A DNA stretch of 64,000 nucleotides, from the NCBI GenBank assembly GCA_028715985.1, contig JAQUQR010000001.1:267905-331904 (forward strand). Reading direction: 5' to 3'. Each line of letters opens with the position of its first letter. Position 1 is the first letter of the stretch. The position numbers were made by a program, and so were the translations under genes. Source of the DNA: Methanocellales archaeon. GTDB taxonomy: Archaea; Halobacteriota; UBA148. Positions 63,184 to 64,000 of this stretch are shown in pieces. A model generated the notes under the pieces. The model was not told the origin of the DNA. It was given only the letters and a program-made list of their open reading frames with translations, and made no database searches.

Positions 63184-64000
63184 TCAATGGCCAAGGTACT
63201 GCTCCATGATCTTTAGTGCACAAAAATCTCCACACATCGTGCAGGTCTCCCCAGGTGAATGGATCTGTCTTGCTCTCTTTCCATCAAGGGCAAATCTAAA
63301 CTGCCCCTCCCAGTTGCGGTGACGTCGCATTTTAGCTAAGTTGAAGTCCTGATCAGAGAGACCATATTTCATCGAGTCTCCGATATGGGCGGCAATGCGA
63401 CAAGCGATCGTGCCCTCACGAACGTGATCTATGTTGGGAAGAGCAAGATGCTCGGATGGAGTTATGGCGCAAAGATAATCAGCACCCGCTCCACTGGCAA
63501 GGCTGGCGCCAATACAGGCAGCTATGTGATCGTAGCCAACTGCGATGTCAGTAGGGAGTGGGCCTGAAACAAAAAGCGGTCTATTGCCAGTGATCTTCTT
63601 ATGGTGTCTAACGTATGCAACGATATCTTTGGCAGGAACATGGCCCCCCATGCCTTCGACGATAGTCTGCACGCCAACCTCATTGGCACGTCTTGCCAGC
63701 TCTGCGTTCTTTTGAATCTCTGATAGCTGGGGTTTATCGCTCATGTCATGGACGCATCCACTTCTCATGGCATTGCCCAATGAAAGAACGATATCCCTTC
63801 TCAGGAGTATTTCTAAGATCTCCTCATACCTTTCGAGAAAAGGATTCTCTTTCTTATGCGCGATCATCCATGCAGCAGTAAATGCCCCGCCTTTAGATAC
63901 CATCCCCATGATGCGAGTTGCCTTTTTCAATGAGGTGAGCGTGTCCAAGGTGAAACCCGCATGGATGACTACTGAACTCACGCCCTCTTGAACTTGCTTT
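63184..64000 (-). CDS. thiC: phosphomethylpyrimidine synthase, C-terminal part; 5' end lies outside the window
   Basis: C-terminal CTMCGDFCA radical-SAM-type Cys motif characteristic of ThiC. ORF is open at the window edge. Confidence 0.85.
   Translation of the reverse strand, partial: KQVQEGVSSVVIHAGFTLDTLTSLKKATRIMGMVSKGGAFTAAWMIAHKKENPFLERYEEILEILLRRDIVLSLGNAMRSGCVHDMSDKPQLSEIQKNAELARRANEVGVQTIVEGMGGHVPAKDIVAYVRHHKKITGNRPLFVSGPLPTDIAVGYDHIAACIGASLASGAGADYLCAITPSEHLALPNIDHVREGTIACRIAAHIGDSMKYGLSDQDFNLAKMRRHRNWEGQFRFALDGKRARQIHSPGETCTMCGDFCALKIMEQYLGH

Overview
This window reads as a euryarchaeal chromosome segment, most consistent with a Methanosarcinales-like organism. The lineage markers are chromatin protein MC1, bacterial-type DNA gyrase gyrB-gyrA, an archaeosortase with archaetidylserine synthase and decarboxylase, a PGF-CTERM surface protein, geranylgeranyl reductase preceded by a ferredoxin, PCNA, primase PriS and PriL, TFS, Nop10, L44e, S27e and aIF2-alpha. 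Most of the window is core metabolism and information processing: aroB'-aroD-aroE-tyrA; argC, argJ, argB plus a TIGR00300 protein; thiL and thiC; a cbiMNQO ECF transporter; an iron or cobalamin ABC importer; trkA-trkH-trkA; pckG; rnhB; tatA. Three AT-rich accessory patches interrupt it. (1) 3.4-8.8 kb carries a CDF transporter, a DUF45 metallohydrolase, an MNT-HEPN toxin-antitoxin pair and a GC-rich frameshifted foreign fragment. (2) 18.1-19.5 kb holds two tandem gene cassettes with near-identical promoter, 5' leader and 3' flank but unrelated ORFs. (3) 27.3-32.7 kb is a low-GC island ending in a 56-bp perfect duplication of the mptD 3' end. That island carries a tightly coupled two-gene operon: a ~656-codon HD-domain protein interrupted by a single in-frame TGA, followed by a TIR-domain protein. 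The operon's promoter carries the same 17-bp palindromic operator found at the two cassette promoters. I interpret this HD plus TIR pair as a candidate undescribed Thoeris-like defence module, together with its apparently co-regulated small cassette genes. Also noted are a probable intron-containing tRNA whose 3' end is duplicated as 30-bp direct repeats 35 bp apart, and several small genes missing from the ORF track (S27e, a 2x[4Fe-4S] ferredoxin, a Zn-ribbon protein).
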